A DNA stretch of 64,000 nucleotides from a virus: the IMG/VR virus record IMGVR_UViG_3300000115_000007, positions 27,664 through 91,663 of that record. One strand, given 5' to 3'. A program made the translations under genes and the position numbers. Below are positions 37,829 through 47,655 of the stretch, piece after piece; the stretch's first letter is position 1, and the number at the start of each line of letters is the position of its first letter. Below the pieces are notes generated by a model. That model had not been told where the DNA came from, searched no databases, and saw only the letters and a list, made by a program, of their open reading frames with translations.

Positions 37829-38392
37829 ATGGCCACATTAACAAATCCAATCACTGCACAGAATATAATAGATAGATTTGCGGATTTTGCACCGGCGGCT
37901 GCTAATTCTGGTATTGTTTGGGGTACCAACTCAGTTCCGTTTAGTGGATTTTCTACATCATATTTTGGTGGAACGACTGCTGGTCGAAGTATTGGAATTA
38001 CTGGAGCTGATATAAATCAAAATCCAATCACTGCTTCTGTTATTAATACAGCAATTGAAAATGAAACCGCTGCATATAGTCAAATTAGAAATTTAAATGC
38101 AACCCGAACAGTAACAGGTCCTGGTGGTAATACAGGATCATATCCTAATCCTGGACAAATTTTTAATCAAACAGCAAAAGCATATTTAAGTAGTAGTTAT
38201 GCACAAACGCTATCTGCGGCCGGAGTCACTTTAACTGCTGGTACTCAAATTAGTGCATCTGGGCTTGAAGCTAAATTCGCAGACTTACAAACTCGTTTTA
38301 ATAGTCTAGTTTCTAATACTGTTACTGTAAATGTTAATATTTGTCATGCTAGTTGTCATAGCAGTTGCCACGCCGCGAGAGGAAGAAGATGA
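37829..38392 (+). CDS. probable virion protein with C-terminal Cys/His repeat (candidate radical SAM substrate)
   Basis: Ala/Thr/Ser/Gly/Asn-rich; all 3 Cys and 3 His are in terminal CHASCHSSCHAARGRR; own late promoter. Confidence 0.75.
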   Translation: MATLTNPITAQNIIDRFADFAPAAANSGIVWGTNSVPFSGFSTSYFGGTTAGRSIGITGADINQNPITASVINTAIENETAAYSQIRNLNATRTVTGPGGNTGSYPNPGQIFNQTAKAYLSSSYAQTLSAAGVTLTAGTQISASGLEAKFADLQTRFNSLVSNTVTVNVNICHASCHSSCHAARGRR

Positions 38393-39036
38393 AAGTTATT
38401 GATGTTACTGCACCATTTAGTATTGAAGATTTGAAATTGTATTTTGAAGATGATCAAACTTTTTATATGGTTGATTATGAAAATTCGCAATTGCAGGGAA
38501 CAAAACTATTAACATATCTTAGTAATCTGGAATTGCCATGTAATATTGGTTTTACTGATCAGAAAGATTTTGATGATCTTACTAGAGAATATCTTTTAGC
38601 TAATTTTATTATAAGTGTTCCTATTCTTGAAGAAAGAGTAATTAGTTTATTATTGCAGATGAAAGGTATTAGTGAATTAATAGAAAAAGATTTTATTGAT
38701 GATAACGTTGAAATACTTACTACTTGGGCAAAGAAATTAGATTCACTTTCGCTTTACAATCTGTACACTGTTGAATGTGATGAATTAAAAGACTACGTTA
38801 AATCATTTCCAGAAGATGACACGAAAGATTTAACTGGAATAAATTTTGTAAATTTGCTTAAATACGAAAGCTTTTATTTATTTTATGTCAATGTAATTGA
38901 ACATCATAAAACATATTATAAATCATATTTTAATGAGTATATGTTTAAAGGAAATAATTTATTTAGCTATTGGGCAAATGTTAATAACCCAATGTTTTTA
39001 CTAACAAGTTCAATCGCCACAGGAGAACAGTTATGA
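38389..39036 (+). CDS. hypothetical protein of the radical SAM cluster
   Basis: ATGA-coupled start at 38389 (MKVIDVTAPF); acidic, no recognised motif. Confidence 0.75.
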   Translation: MKVIDVTAPFSIEDLKLYFEDDQTFYMVDYENSQLQGTKLLTYLSNLELPCNIGFTDQKDFDDLTREYLLANFIISVPILEERVISLLLQMKGISELIEKDFIDDNVEILTTWAKKLDSLSLYNLYTVECDELKDYVKSFPEDDTKDLTGINFVNLLKYESFYLFYVNVIEHHKTYYKSYFNEYMFKGNNLFSYWANVNNPMFLLTSSIATGEQL

Positions 39037-40181
39037 TACATCTGTTTAAGAAGATTTATGTAACAACAGATAATATCATCGATCTGGGATATGATCGGAT
39101 TGTAGTATCACAAAATCATGGATTAGATGTTTTAGAAGATTTACAAAAAATATCTTCAGGCAAACTTATCTCATATTCATTAGAATGGAGTGGAATACTA
39201 GGATCAAAAGATGTAACATATCCAACCGCAATAGATTTATTTACTAAATTAGCAGATCACTGTGATGCTACAGATAAAAGAGTTATTATATATTGTGATG
39301 ATGATTCATTGCAATTCATAATGTCAACATGGTATAAACATATTCTAAAAACACCAACTAAAGAGTCTGTTAAATCGCTTCTACAAGCTCATGCATTTAA
39401 ATTTAATGTATTCTTTAGAGGTCGTTTTTCTGGTAATGGTGGAAATGTTGGTACTGAAGAAATTTTAAAATTAACAAATTTCGATACTATTTACGATAGC
39501 GTAAAAGCAGGTTCATCTGCCAAACGAAAAACTTTTGTTAAAAAATATATTAACACTATTGGTGTAGAACATTTATTTGCAAATTATTTACATAATAAAT
39601 CTACAAAAGAAGAACTAAAAAGTGTAATAAAAATACTACTAAAAAAAGATCTAGAAAAGTATTTGTATGAGTTAAAAGAAATATTTTTCCAGCATTTCTT
39701 AACTAAAAAAGTCGCGGACAAATTTAATTTAAATGCATCATATAATTTTGATAATATTAGTAATATTTTAGATGATACTAGCGATATTGCTCAAGTTTTT
39801 ATTAAAGATGATATGTGGGTATCAAAATATATGAGTACAGCTTCAAGCAACAATAACGTTTTGTTTGATAATATTTCAGCTTCAGATTTAGTAACAATTA
39901 GAAAATTTACACAAATTATTGCTGATGGTTGGTCTCAATTTAAAGTATATGATGCCGGAAAAAGTGATGTAAATAAATTAGATTTCATCGAATGTATAAC
40001 TGGAGAATTTACTGATACTTTATTAGATAGTCTCATTGAAATGGAATCTACATATGATAATGAATCTGGTTCATTTTTCTCTTTAGAACTGGAAACGGTT
40101 AATCATTATTTGATACATTCTTTATTAGATGCAAATTCTAATGCAGATGCAGCCTTTTTGAGTAGGTATATCACAGTGTAA
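39033..40181 (+). CDS. hypothetical protein of the radical SAM cluster
   Basis: 382-aa coupled ORF, AGGAG SD; VIIYCD motif. Confidence 0.78.
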   Translation: MIHLFKKIYVTTDNIIDLGYDRIVVSQNHGLDVLEDLQKISSGKLISYSLEWSGILGSKDVTYPTAIDLFTKLADHCDATDKRVIIYCDDDSLQFIMSTWYKHILKTPTKESVKSLLQAHAFKFNVFFRGRFSGNGGNVGTEEILKLTNFDTIYDSVKAGSSAKRKTFVKKYINTIGVEHLFANYLHNKSTKEELKSVIKILLKKDLEKYLYELKEIFFQHFLTKKVADKFNLNASYNFDNISNILDDTSDIAQVFIKDDMWVSKYMSTASSNNNVLFDNISASDLVTIRKFTQIIADGWSQFKVYDAGKSDVNKLDFIECITGEFTDTLLDSLIEMESTYDNESGSFFSLELETVNHYLIHSLLDANSNADAAFLSRYITV

Positions 40182-40182
40182 T

Positions 40183-41202
40183 ATGTCTATATATGATATA
40201 TTAGAAAACAAAATAACAACTTATGGTGAGATTGTATGTTGTTTATTTGAGCACTGTAATCTTCAGTGTGTTTTCTGTCCTCAAGATCATAATTCAATAG
40301 AAGGTGCTAACCGTGATTCTATCATGGCAAAAGTTCCTCAAATTGTAGAATGGATTAATAACAATAGAAGAACACAATCCTATAAATTACATTTAATGGG
40401 TGGCGAACTCTTTCAAGATGAATGGATAGATAAAGGTTTCCTAGAAATATATCAGGACTTTATTGATTCTATCATAGTACAAACAGAAGCTGATGTACAT
40501 ATTAATTTTATAACTAATTTATGCTTTACAAAGTCCGATATGGTAATGGATTTTTTAGAACATAATAATTTAACTATTTCTGTAAGTTACGATCCTGCTG
40601 GCAGATTTACTCCAAAAGCACATGATATTTTTGTTTCAAATATTGAAACATATAAAAATAAGATTGAAATGATTTCATTAGTTGCCACAAAACAAAACAT
40701 TGCAAAAATTACAAGAGGTGATAACTTATTCACGTACCTTTATAATACATATCCATGCGACTTTGATTCATTTTTGCCATCAGTAAAAAATTCAAAAAAA
40801 TTAATGCCAAGTGAAAGAACTCTTTTTGAGTTTAATAAACTACTTGTATCTAAATATCCTAAATGTTTAAACGTAGATCATTTCGTTAATCAAAAAATGC
40901 AAAATAAAATGATTTGCACAAGAGGTAATTCTCTTACTGTCATGCCAGATGGATCTATTCCTACTGGATGTTCTGGTGCAGTATTTTTAAAAGAAGCTCA
41001 AACTGAAGAACTTGGTGGACCAAAAATAGTTGAAAACTTTATGACTAAATATAATTGCTTTGAGTGTGAGTATTTTGCTCGATGCCCATTTAGTTGTTTT
41101 ATTAAACAAGATTATAAACACATTGAACAAGACATGGATGAATGTGTCTTTAAAGAGACTTTTAAATATGCAGATAGCCTTTATCAACCCACCGCATGCT
41201 GA
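40183..41202 (+). CDS. radical SAM protein with SPASM/twitch-like C-terminus
   Basis: CNLQCVFC, LMGGELF, ICTRG...TGC...CFECEYFARCPFSC...C. Confidence 0.9.
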   Translation: MSIYDILENKITTYGEIVCCLFEHCNLQCVFCPQDHNSIEGANRDSIMAKVPQIVEWINNNRRTQSYKLHLMGGELFQDEWIDKGFLEIYQDFIDSIIVQTEADVHINFITNLCFTKSDMVMDFLEHNNLTISVSYDPAGRFTPKAHDIFVSNIETYKNKIEMISLVATKQNIAKITRGDNLFTYLYNTYPCDFDSFLPSVKNSKKLMPSERTLFEFNKLLVSKYPKCLNVDHFVNQKMQNKMICTRGNSLTVMPDGSIPTGCSGAVFLKEAQTEELGGPKIVENFMTKYNCFECEYFARCPFSCFIKQDYKHIEQDMDECVFKETFKYADSLYQPTAC

Positions 41203-42838
41203 TTGGTCATTAGCCAATAATATGACTTATTTAATAGCTCAAAGCTATTATAAGCATTTTGGAAAATACAGTGATCAAATAGAATGGTTAGAATCTTCTT
41301 ATAAATGGAATACTTATCAATCGTTTGATGAAGCAATTGAGCAGGTGATATCTGCTGATATAATAATGTTTTCTTCATATGCTTGGAACTATGTCATTTG
41401 TGATGGAATAGCTTCTAAGATAAAACAAAAACATCCTGAAAAATTATTAGTATTGGGTGGGCCGCATATAGGAACTAATGATCCTGAACTATTAGCAAAT
41501 AGAACTCAATATGATTATATATGTCAGCCAACTAAACCAGGTGAAATATTTATGAGAGATCTGATCGATCAATACATTGAAAACAAGCTTGATCCCAAAA
41601 CTATTTCTTGGGAGTTAAGATCCAGTATTGGTGATATTCATAATATTAGTAAAGAAGATTATTCTGTATATGAAGAGCATTCTGAGTATTTAACTAGAGC
41701 CCTCTCATATGCTCAAGAAAATAATATGGAGCCATTTATTATTCTTGAAACAACTCGAGGATGTCCTTATAAATGTGTGTTTTGTGAATGGGGTGGAGGT
41801 ATTAATACTAAAATTTATAAAAAGGATTTGAGTATTGTAAAACGAGACATTGATGCTATGATCAAAGCTGGATATCGAGATGCATATTTAACTGATGCAA
41901 ACTTTGGCGCGTTTGAAGATAGAGACATAGAAATATTTGCATATGCTTGGAATAAAGGATTTAATCTAACTGATATATCGACTATGAAATCAAAAGATTT
42001 AAATAGAAGAAAAAGATTAATTGATAGATGGTTTGAAGTAGTCGGTACAGATCAAAGATCACCTAACTCAAAAGATGGTAACGATATGTGGAAAGAGACT
42101 TCAATGATGTCTATTGTTCCAACTGTATCAATTCAAAGTAGCTCTGATATTGCTATGAAATTAGCAGAAAGAGTTGATTTGAATTCAGAAGATAAGTTAG
42201 AATTAAGTAAATACATTAACAAAAGATGCAGTGAAAATGGTTTTCCTATTCCATCATTAGAATTAATTTTAGCAATGCCAGGATCTACAATAGATGATTT
42301 CTATAAAGAAATGGATTACATATGGAACTTTCAAGCTTTTGGATCGTATCGGCATGACTATATGTTTTTACCTGATTCTAGACTTAATTCTCAAGAATAT
42401 AAAATTAAACATGATATCAGAACAGTAGAAGTATTTACTGATATTGTGGATGAACAAGGGACTGATAGTTGGAGTGAACTATATAAAGATAAAAGATCAT
42501 ATTTTAGAACTATGGCATCATGCTTTTCATTTACAACTGAGGAAATGCATGAGATGTGGTTTATGAATAATGCAGGTAATTACTTACTACAACATTTTTA
42601 TCCAGCGTTTGAAGATGATTTAACACCTCCAGTTTTTGCTAAAGAAGCATATAAAATTATAATAGAGTTAGATAACTGGGATAATATATACTATGAGATC
42701 AGAGATATTTTTAATCCAAATTCACCACCAAAAAGCATAAGACAATTAGGAGATAAATTTAGAACTGAAACTATACATGAATTTTTAGAAAAAAATAAAA
42801 TTATAATTATGTCGGAGGTAAGCAAAATATGTGCATAA
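41168..42838 (+). CDS. cobalamin-binding radical SAM enzyme (class B methyltransferase-like)
   Basis: Start MQIAFINPP at 41168; FSSYAWN...LVLGGPH B12-binding-type domain; ETTRGCPYKCVFCEWG; TDANFG. Confidence 0.85.
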   Translation: MQIAFINPPHADWSLANNMTYLIAQSYYKHFGKYSDQIEWLESSYKWNTYQSFDEAIEQVISADIIMFSSYAWNYVICDGIASKIKQKHPEKLLVLGGPHIGTNDPELLANRTQYDYICQPTKPGEIFMRDLIDQYIENKLDPKTISWELRSSIGDIHNISKEDYSVYEEHSEYLTRALSYAQENNMEPFIILETTRGCPYKCVFCEWGGGINTKIYKKDLSIVKRDIDAMIKAGYRDAYLTDANFGAFEDRDIEIFAYAWNKGFNLTDISTMKSKDLNRRKRLIDRWFEVVGTDQRSPNSKDGNDMWKETSMMSIVPTVSIQSSSDIAMKLAERVDLNSEDKLELSKYINKRCSENGFPIPSLELILAMPGSTIDDFYKEMDYIWNFQAFGSYRHDYMFLPDSRLNSQEYKIKHDIRTVEVFTDIVDEQGTDSWSELYKDKRSYFRTMASCFSFTTEEMHEMWFMNNAGNYLLQHFYPAFEDDLTPPVFAKEAYKIIIELDNWDNIYYEIRDIFNPNSPPKSIRQLGDKFRTETIHEFLEKNKIIIMSEVSKICA

Positions 42839-43335
42839 AAGATATTTACACAAAAGGATATGTTAAATTGCGAGAAGCCGAAGGTCTGACATTAATTGGA
42901 GCAGATAATTTTAAGCTTTTAAACACAGAAGAAAGAGCAAGAGATAATGGTGAACAAGACGTTGAGCCATTACTTGCTACTAAACTTGATATGTTCGGTC
43001 AATACCTATACAATAAATACATTTTACCAGAATGGCCAAAAGCCGTTTTTAATAAGTATTTAATATGGGATGGTGTTGATAAAGATAACCAGGGTTGGCA
43101 TACTGATATGTTTGAAAAATATGATGTGTTTTTCTTATATTATTTAGATGATACATTTGCCGAAACTGGTGGGAATATAGATTTTAAATGGAATAAATCA
43201 GAAACAATTTCATTTCAACCAAAAGCGGGTGATTTATTTATGGTATCTAATATACGTGGATTTTGGCATAAAGCAGGTCAATCTTCAATACAACGAAGGG
43301 TATGTTCATTTGACTTTAATACAAACAATAGTTGA
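42829..43335 (+). CDS. Fe(II)/2OG-dependent oxygenase
   Basis: WHTD, FLYYLDD, GG, PKAGD, FWHK, RRV. Confidence 0.82.
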   Translation: MCIKDIYTKGYVKLREAEGLTLIGADNFKLLNTEERARDNGEQDVEPLLATKLDMFGQYLYNKYILPEWPKAVFNKYLIWDGVDKDNQGWHTDMFEKYDVFFLYYLDDTFAETGGNIDFKWNKSETISFQPKAGDLFMVSNIRGFWHKAGQSSIQRRVCSFDFNTNNS

Positions 43336-43609
43336 TAAAAAAGAAACTCTTTGCAAAGAAAGAGATTTGACAGCAGAACTATATAATCTTTGGATTACTA
43401 AATTGCATGATTTTGAGGATGATGAAAATAAATATGAGCAATATATGAAAATGATTGATAATCTTGAACCATATGCAAATATGTTAAAAGAAGAAATTAG
43501 ACAATGTAATAGAGAAATAATAGAACACTATGGTGTTAAATCAATAAATGAAACACCTTATGCAGTTGAGTGTGTTAATAAACACGGCTATGATAGGCCA
43601 AACGGATGA
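43310..43609 (+). CDS. hypothetical helical protein
   Basis: Probable TTG start at 43310 after GAAGGG; ATGA coupling to next gene. Confidence 0.6.
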   Translation: MTLIQTIVDKKETLCKERDLTAELYNLWITKLHDFEDDENKYEQYMKMIDNLEPYANMLKEEIRQCNREIIEHYGVKSINETPYAVECVNKHGYDRPNG

Positions 43610-44100
43610 ATGTTGGTATTTTAGTTCCAGAGCTATTAATGTCTGGATATAAGATTTTTAATGATAAAGAGATCTTATATTTAATAGGCAATATTCCTCC
43701 TGTTAATTCATGGACTATTAAATCAGACACAAGTGGAACATATACTCCAGATGAAAAAATAAATTTAGAACCAGCCCATGACTATATAAAAGATAATTAC
43801 GTTGATAAGTATTTTAATAATTCGACTAAAGGTTATAATAATATATGGAGTTCAACTGATGTAAATTCTATGTCATGGCATAATGATTTAGTCGAAGGAC
43901 CAAATTTATTTTTTATGTATTATTTAAATGATGTAATAAATGATGGTGAAATATGTTTTAGAATTAATGGTGAAGAAACTGGAAAAATAAAACCTAAAAA
44001 GGGATTACTCTTAATGGGATCTCAAGAATTATACGTTGAACATAAAGTCAATCACACAGATGAAACTCGTGCGGTTTGTAATTTTGGGTTCTATGTGTAA
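43606..44100 (+). CDS. Fe(II)/2OG-dependent oxygenase
   Basis: WHND, FMYYLND, IKPKKG, VEHKV, TRAV. Confidence 0.82.
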   Translation: MNVGILVPELLMSGYKIFNDKEILYLIGNIPPVNSWTIKSDTSGTYTPDEKINLEPAHDYIKDNYVDKYFNNSTKGYNNIWSSTDVNSMSWHNDLVEGPNLFFMYYLNDVINDGEICFRINGEETGKIKPKKGLLLMGSQELYVEHKVNHTDETRAVCNFGFYV

Positions 44101-45134
44101 TGGATCTAATTGTCAAACCAACAGAATTATGTAATTTTAAATGTTCATTTTGTTCATCATCTAAAATTACGTTTGAGGATAATACTGCTACTCTTGATCT
44201 AAATAAGATATTTAAGTTTTTAAAACGTTTTCCAGACACTCAAACAATTATTGTTAATGGTGGTGATCCATTAATGATGAAACCAAATTACTATTGGAAA
44301 ATTATAGAGTATCTTGATAAATATGATCTGCCTGCAACAATATCGCTTACAACAAATTTATATCCATTTCTTATGAAACCAATGAAATGGAAAGAACTTT
44401 TTAACCATCCTCGAATTGGTGTAGCTACATCATTTCAATATGGAGGAGGGAGATTAAAAGGTGATTATAGTGAATTTACAGAAGAAGATTTTTGGAAGTG
44501 TTCAGATGCGATGCTAGAACATGTTGGATACAGACCAGCATTCATAGCCGTAATCGTTGAAGAAAACGAAGATACTCATATTAAGACAGTTGAACTTGCA
44601 AAGAAAATGAATGTAGTCTGTAAAGTAAATTATGCCATGGCATCAGGTTCACAGTCTGCGCCATATCAGTTATCAAAAATATATGAACGTTATATTGAAA
44701 TATGGAAAGCTGGATTAAGCGATTGGGAACATAACACTCAACAGATGATGGTACGACTAAGAGGAGAATCCACTATATGTCCTCAAACAAGAACATGTGA
44801 TTCTGGCATTCGAACACTTCAACCTGAAGGTGACTACTATTCGTGTGGTGCATTTGGCGATGATTTAGATAAGGCTATTGATTTTAATTACGAAATGAGT
44901 GGTGGATTTTCAACACCTCTTGCAACAGATTTAAGTTTAATGAGTTTGAAAAATGCATGTTATACTTGTCCTATGTTTGAAATTTGCAATGGTTGTAAAA
45001 AAACTATTAAAGATTTAAAACAACATAACATGGTAGAAGATCATTGTAAACATATGAAGACATTGGCTTTAGACATTATTAAAGCAAACGATATAAAACT
45101 AGAACCTACGCCTTATATAAGAGAATATGCATGA
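44100..45134 (+). CDS. radical SAM / SPASM-domain protein
   Basis: KPTELCNFKCSFC, NGGDPL, ICP....C...YSC...CYTC....ICNGC....HC. Confidence 0.92.
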   Translation: MDLIVKPTELCNFKCSFCSSSKITFEDNTATLDLNKIFKFLKRFPDTQTIIVNGGDPLMMKPNYYWKIIEYLDKYDLPATISLTTNLYPFLMKPMKWKELFNHPRIGVATSFQYGGGRLKGDYSEFTEEDFWKCSDAMLEHVGYRPAFIAVIVEENEDTHIKTVELAKKMNVVCKVNYAMASGSQSAPYQLSKIYERYIEIWKAGLSDWEHNTQQMMVRLRGESTICPQTRTCDSGIRTLQPEGDYYSCGAFGDDLDKAIDFNYEMSGGFSTPLATDLSLMSLKNACYTCPMFEICNGCKKTIKDLKQHNMVEDHCKHMKTLALDIIKANDIKLEPTPYIREYA

Positions 45135-45664
45135 ATTTAAAAGATGATTTTCATACAGTTGTTAGTAATAAAGATATTATTAAGTTAATGAGCAATATAG
45201 AAACTAATATATTTGCCGATGAAAGGCTTATAGATGATTTTGTACAAACAAAGAAATTTCTATCGCAGAATTATCCGTTTGAGTATGCAATTTTAATTAA
45301 TGTTGCAACTATAATTTCTAATACGCTGCTCGAGCCTGAATTTGGACCAGTTGAGTTAATTGAACATAAATTAAATAAAGGTCGGCACGATGGAAATACT
45401 GTATACCACTATGACAAAACAGGCGGGGATCATCCCGATGGCATATATAAAGACATAGATTTTATTTGTTTATATTATTTTAATACACTACAAACTGGCC
45501 CTCTTTGTATAAAAAATAAATATAACGAATACTTTTACTATCCAAAGAAGGGAAATTTAGCAATTATTAATGAATTGAATCCGACTGTTGAACATAAAAT
45601 AGAGCCTTATGATTGGAAAAATATAGAAAGATATACAGCTAGATTTGGTTTTAAACTTTTATGA
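45131..45664 (+). CDS. Fe(II)/2OG-dependent oxygenase
   Basis: YHYD, CLYYFN, YPKKG, VEHKI, RYT. Confidence 0.72.
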   Translation: MNLKDDFHTVVSNKDIIKLMSNIETNIFADERLIDDFVQTKKFLSQNYPFEYAILINVATIISNTLLEPEFGPVELIEHKLNKGRHDGNTVYHYDKTGGDHPDGIYKDIDFICLYYFNTLQTGPLCIKNKYNEYFYYPKKGNLAIINELNPTVEHKIEPYDWKNIERYTARFGFKLL

Positions 45665-46365
45665 AACTAGATTTCTTAGCCCCATATTATCAGAATATTG
45701 AAAATCCTTCAGAAGAAATTAAAATTAAAATTTCAGAAGAAAGTCCTAAAAGCTATGCTTTGACTCGTGCGCCAAATAGAATGAATTCAGATGGAAGAAT
45801 TAACTGTGAAGGATTATATGAGGATGGTGTTGTTGCTGTATCTGTTAGTCCTATAAATCCTAAATTTAGATCACAGATAGAAGATGGTGTATGGCCTTTT
45901 ATAGAGTGTTTAATTAATAAAAATTATTTTACTATGAGTTGTTGTGAAGGACACGACGATAGAATGGGCGATCATTTTTATATTACATTAGCCTCTCCTT
46001 GTAAGAATGAATTAAAAGTTATAGAAAATGAAGTCGAGCATATTATAGGTTGTAAAGTCACAAAGAAAGATTCAATCGCTAATAATACTATAGTTTGGCA
46101 TGAGGATGGTAATCAATTAAAAACTATAGAGACTAGGATTGTTGTAGATGCTGATGCCGAAGCTGAAGACATAAATAATATGTATTTAAGAAAGTATCCT
46201 CGTTATTATTTTTTAAAAATCGATATGTTTACTAATAAAGATGATATCTATTTTGAATTTAATTTAACCAATCTAAAAAATAGAATAATATATTTAATAT
46301 TCAATAAAAAAAGTTTAGCGGAGTTACTAAATAAATTTAAAAAATTACCTAGGTCTACAAAATGA
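45661..46365 (+). CDS. hypothetical protein (T.SC.GH motif)
   Basis: IEDGVWPFIECLINKNYFTMSCCEGH; weak resemblance to the Tyw3 N-terminus. Confidence 0.65.
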   Translation: MKLDFLAPYYQNIENPSEEIKIKISEESPKSYALTRAPNRMNSDGRINCEGLYEDGVVAVSVSPINPKFRSQIEDGVWPFIECLINKNYFTMSCCEGHDDRMGDHFYITLASPCKNELKVIENEVEHIIGCKVTKKDSIANNTIVWHEDGNQLKTIETRIVVDADAEAEDINNMYLRKYPRYYFLKIDMFTNKDDIYFEFNLTNLKNRIIYLIFNKKSLAELLNKFKKLPRSTK

Positions 46366-47270
46366 TCGTATCGATTAACCCCTCATATTTTTGTAATTTT
46401 AGATGTGATTTTTGTTATCTATCTACTAAACAACTTGGAGATCAAAAACAAATTTCATTTGATAAACTAGATGAGTTGTTATCTCAAGTGCCAGATATAG
46501 AACATGTTGACTTATATGGTGGTGAAGTTGGTGCAATGAAAAAGTCGTATTTTTATGGCATTAAAGATGTTATAAGAAAATATTATTCGGGTGAAATTAG
46601 CATCAATACTAATTATTCTATGATGCATCCAGGATTCTTTGATGATGATGTATATCTTGCTGTCTCATATGATTTTGAAGCAAGAGAAAAGTCTGAACTT
46701 GTATTTCAAAATATGTTAATGAGTACAGTACCTATTGCAGTTTTAGTTTTAGCATCTCCAAAGGTGCTAGAAAAAGATGTATCTGAAATGATTAATATGT
46801 TGAATATGTGTTCGTCAATTATGTCTGTTGAGATTAAACCATATTCAATTAATCAAGCAAATGCTCATAATGTTACACACAAAGACTTTGAAGATTTTGT
46901 TATAAAGTGGCTCAAGTTAAAAGACACTATGAAGTTTGAATTTGTAAATGAAAACAGAATTATAGAATCAATGAAAGGAAGATATAATGCATTTTCGGAT
47001 GATCATATATACATCACTCCTTCTGGCAAATTTGGTGTCTTGGAATTTGATGAAGAGGATAAAGAATTCTTTCTTGAATTGGATTCTTGGGAACAATACA
47101 TTGATTGGACAAACAAAGAAAAAGAAGAAATGATAAGTCCTATATGTGCCTCATGTAAGTATTTTGGAAACTGCTTAACAGAGCATTATCGATATGTCAA
47201 AGATTTAAATAATAGCTGTAACGGATATAGAGGATTATTGGATTGGTATCATGAAAGAATGGCAAGTTAA
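46362..47270 (+). CDS. radical SAM protein with short SPASM-like C-terminus
   Basis: NPSYFCNFRCDFC, LYGGEV, CASCKYFGNCLTEH...SCNG. Confidence 0.9.
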   Translation: MIVSINPSYFCNFRCDFCYLSTKQLGDQKQISFDKLDELLSQVPDIEHVDLYGGEVGAMKKSYFYGIKDVIRKYYSGEISINTNYSMMHPGFFDDDVYLAVSYDFEAREKSELVFQNMLMSTVPIAVLVLASPKVLEKDVSEMINMLNMCSSIMSVEIKPYSINQANAHNVTHKDFEDFVIKWLKLKDTMKFEFVNENRIIESMKGRYNAFSDDHIYITPSGKFGVLEFDEEDKEFFLELDSWEQYIDWTNKEKEEMISPICASCKYFGNCLTEHYRYVKDLNNSCNGYRGLLDWYHERMAS

Positions 47271-47655
47271 ACAAGAAGTTTATCATAGATTAAATAAAAA
47301 TCATACAGATGATTTGAATAAAGTAGAAATAGTTTTTGATGATAATCAAGAGGTTATTATTAAAAATGCTATTCGACACTTTAATGAGAAAGTAGATGAA
47401 TGGTTATATCCAGCCAAGAGTTATGTTGTAGCAATATGTTATGCTTATTGGATTAGTAGAGATTTTAACGAAGATTTTTATGATTTGTTAAATGAACCAA
47501 TGCTTTTAGCTGGTAATGATCCATATTTTAAAACATACGAAAATAGTAAGGAAATATACGATAGTATACTTAACAATATAGATTGGCCATTGATGGTAAT
47601 TCACGGTATGGTTCGGGATATAAAAGGATATTATGATGTTGAAATCGGGTATTAA
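47251..47655 (+). CDS. hypothetical protein of the radical SAM cluster
   Basis: 134 aa, YPAKSYVVAICYA...GNDPYF; overlaps neighbours. Confidence 0.72.
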   Translation: MKEWQVKQEVYHRLNKNHTDDLNKVEIVFDDNQEVIIKNAIRHFNEKVDEWLYPAKSYVVAICYAYWISRDFNEDFYDLLNEPMLLAGNDPYFKTYENSKEIYDSILNNIDWPLMVIHGMVRDIKGYYDVEIGY

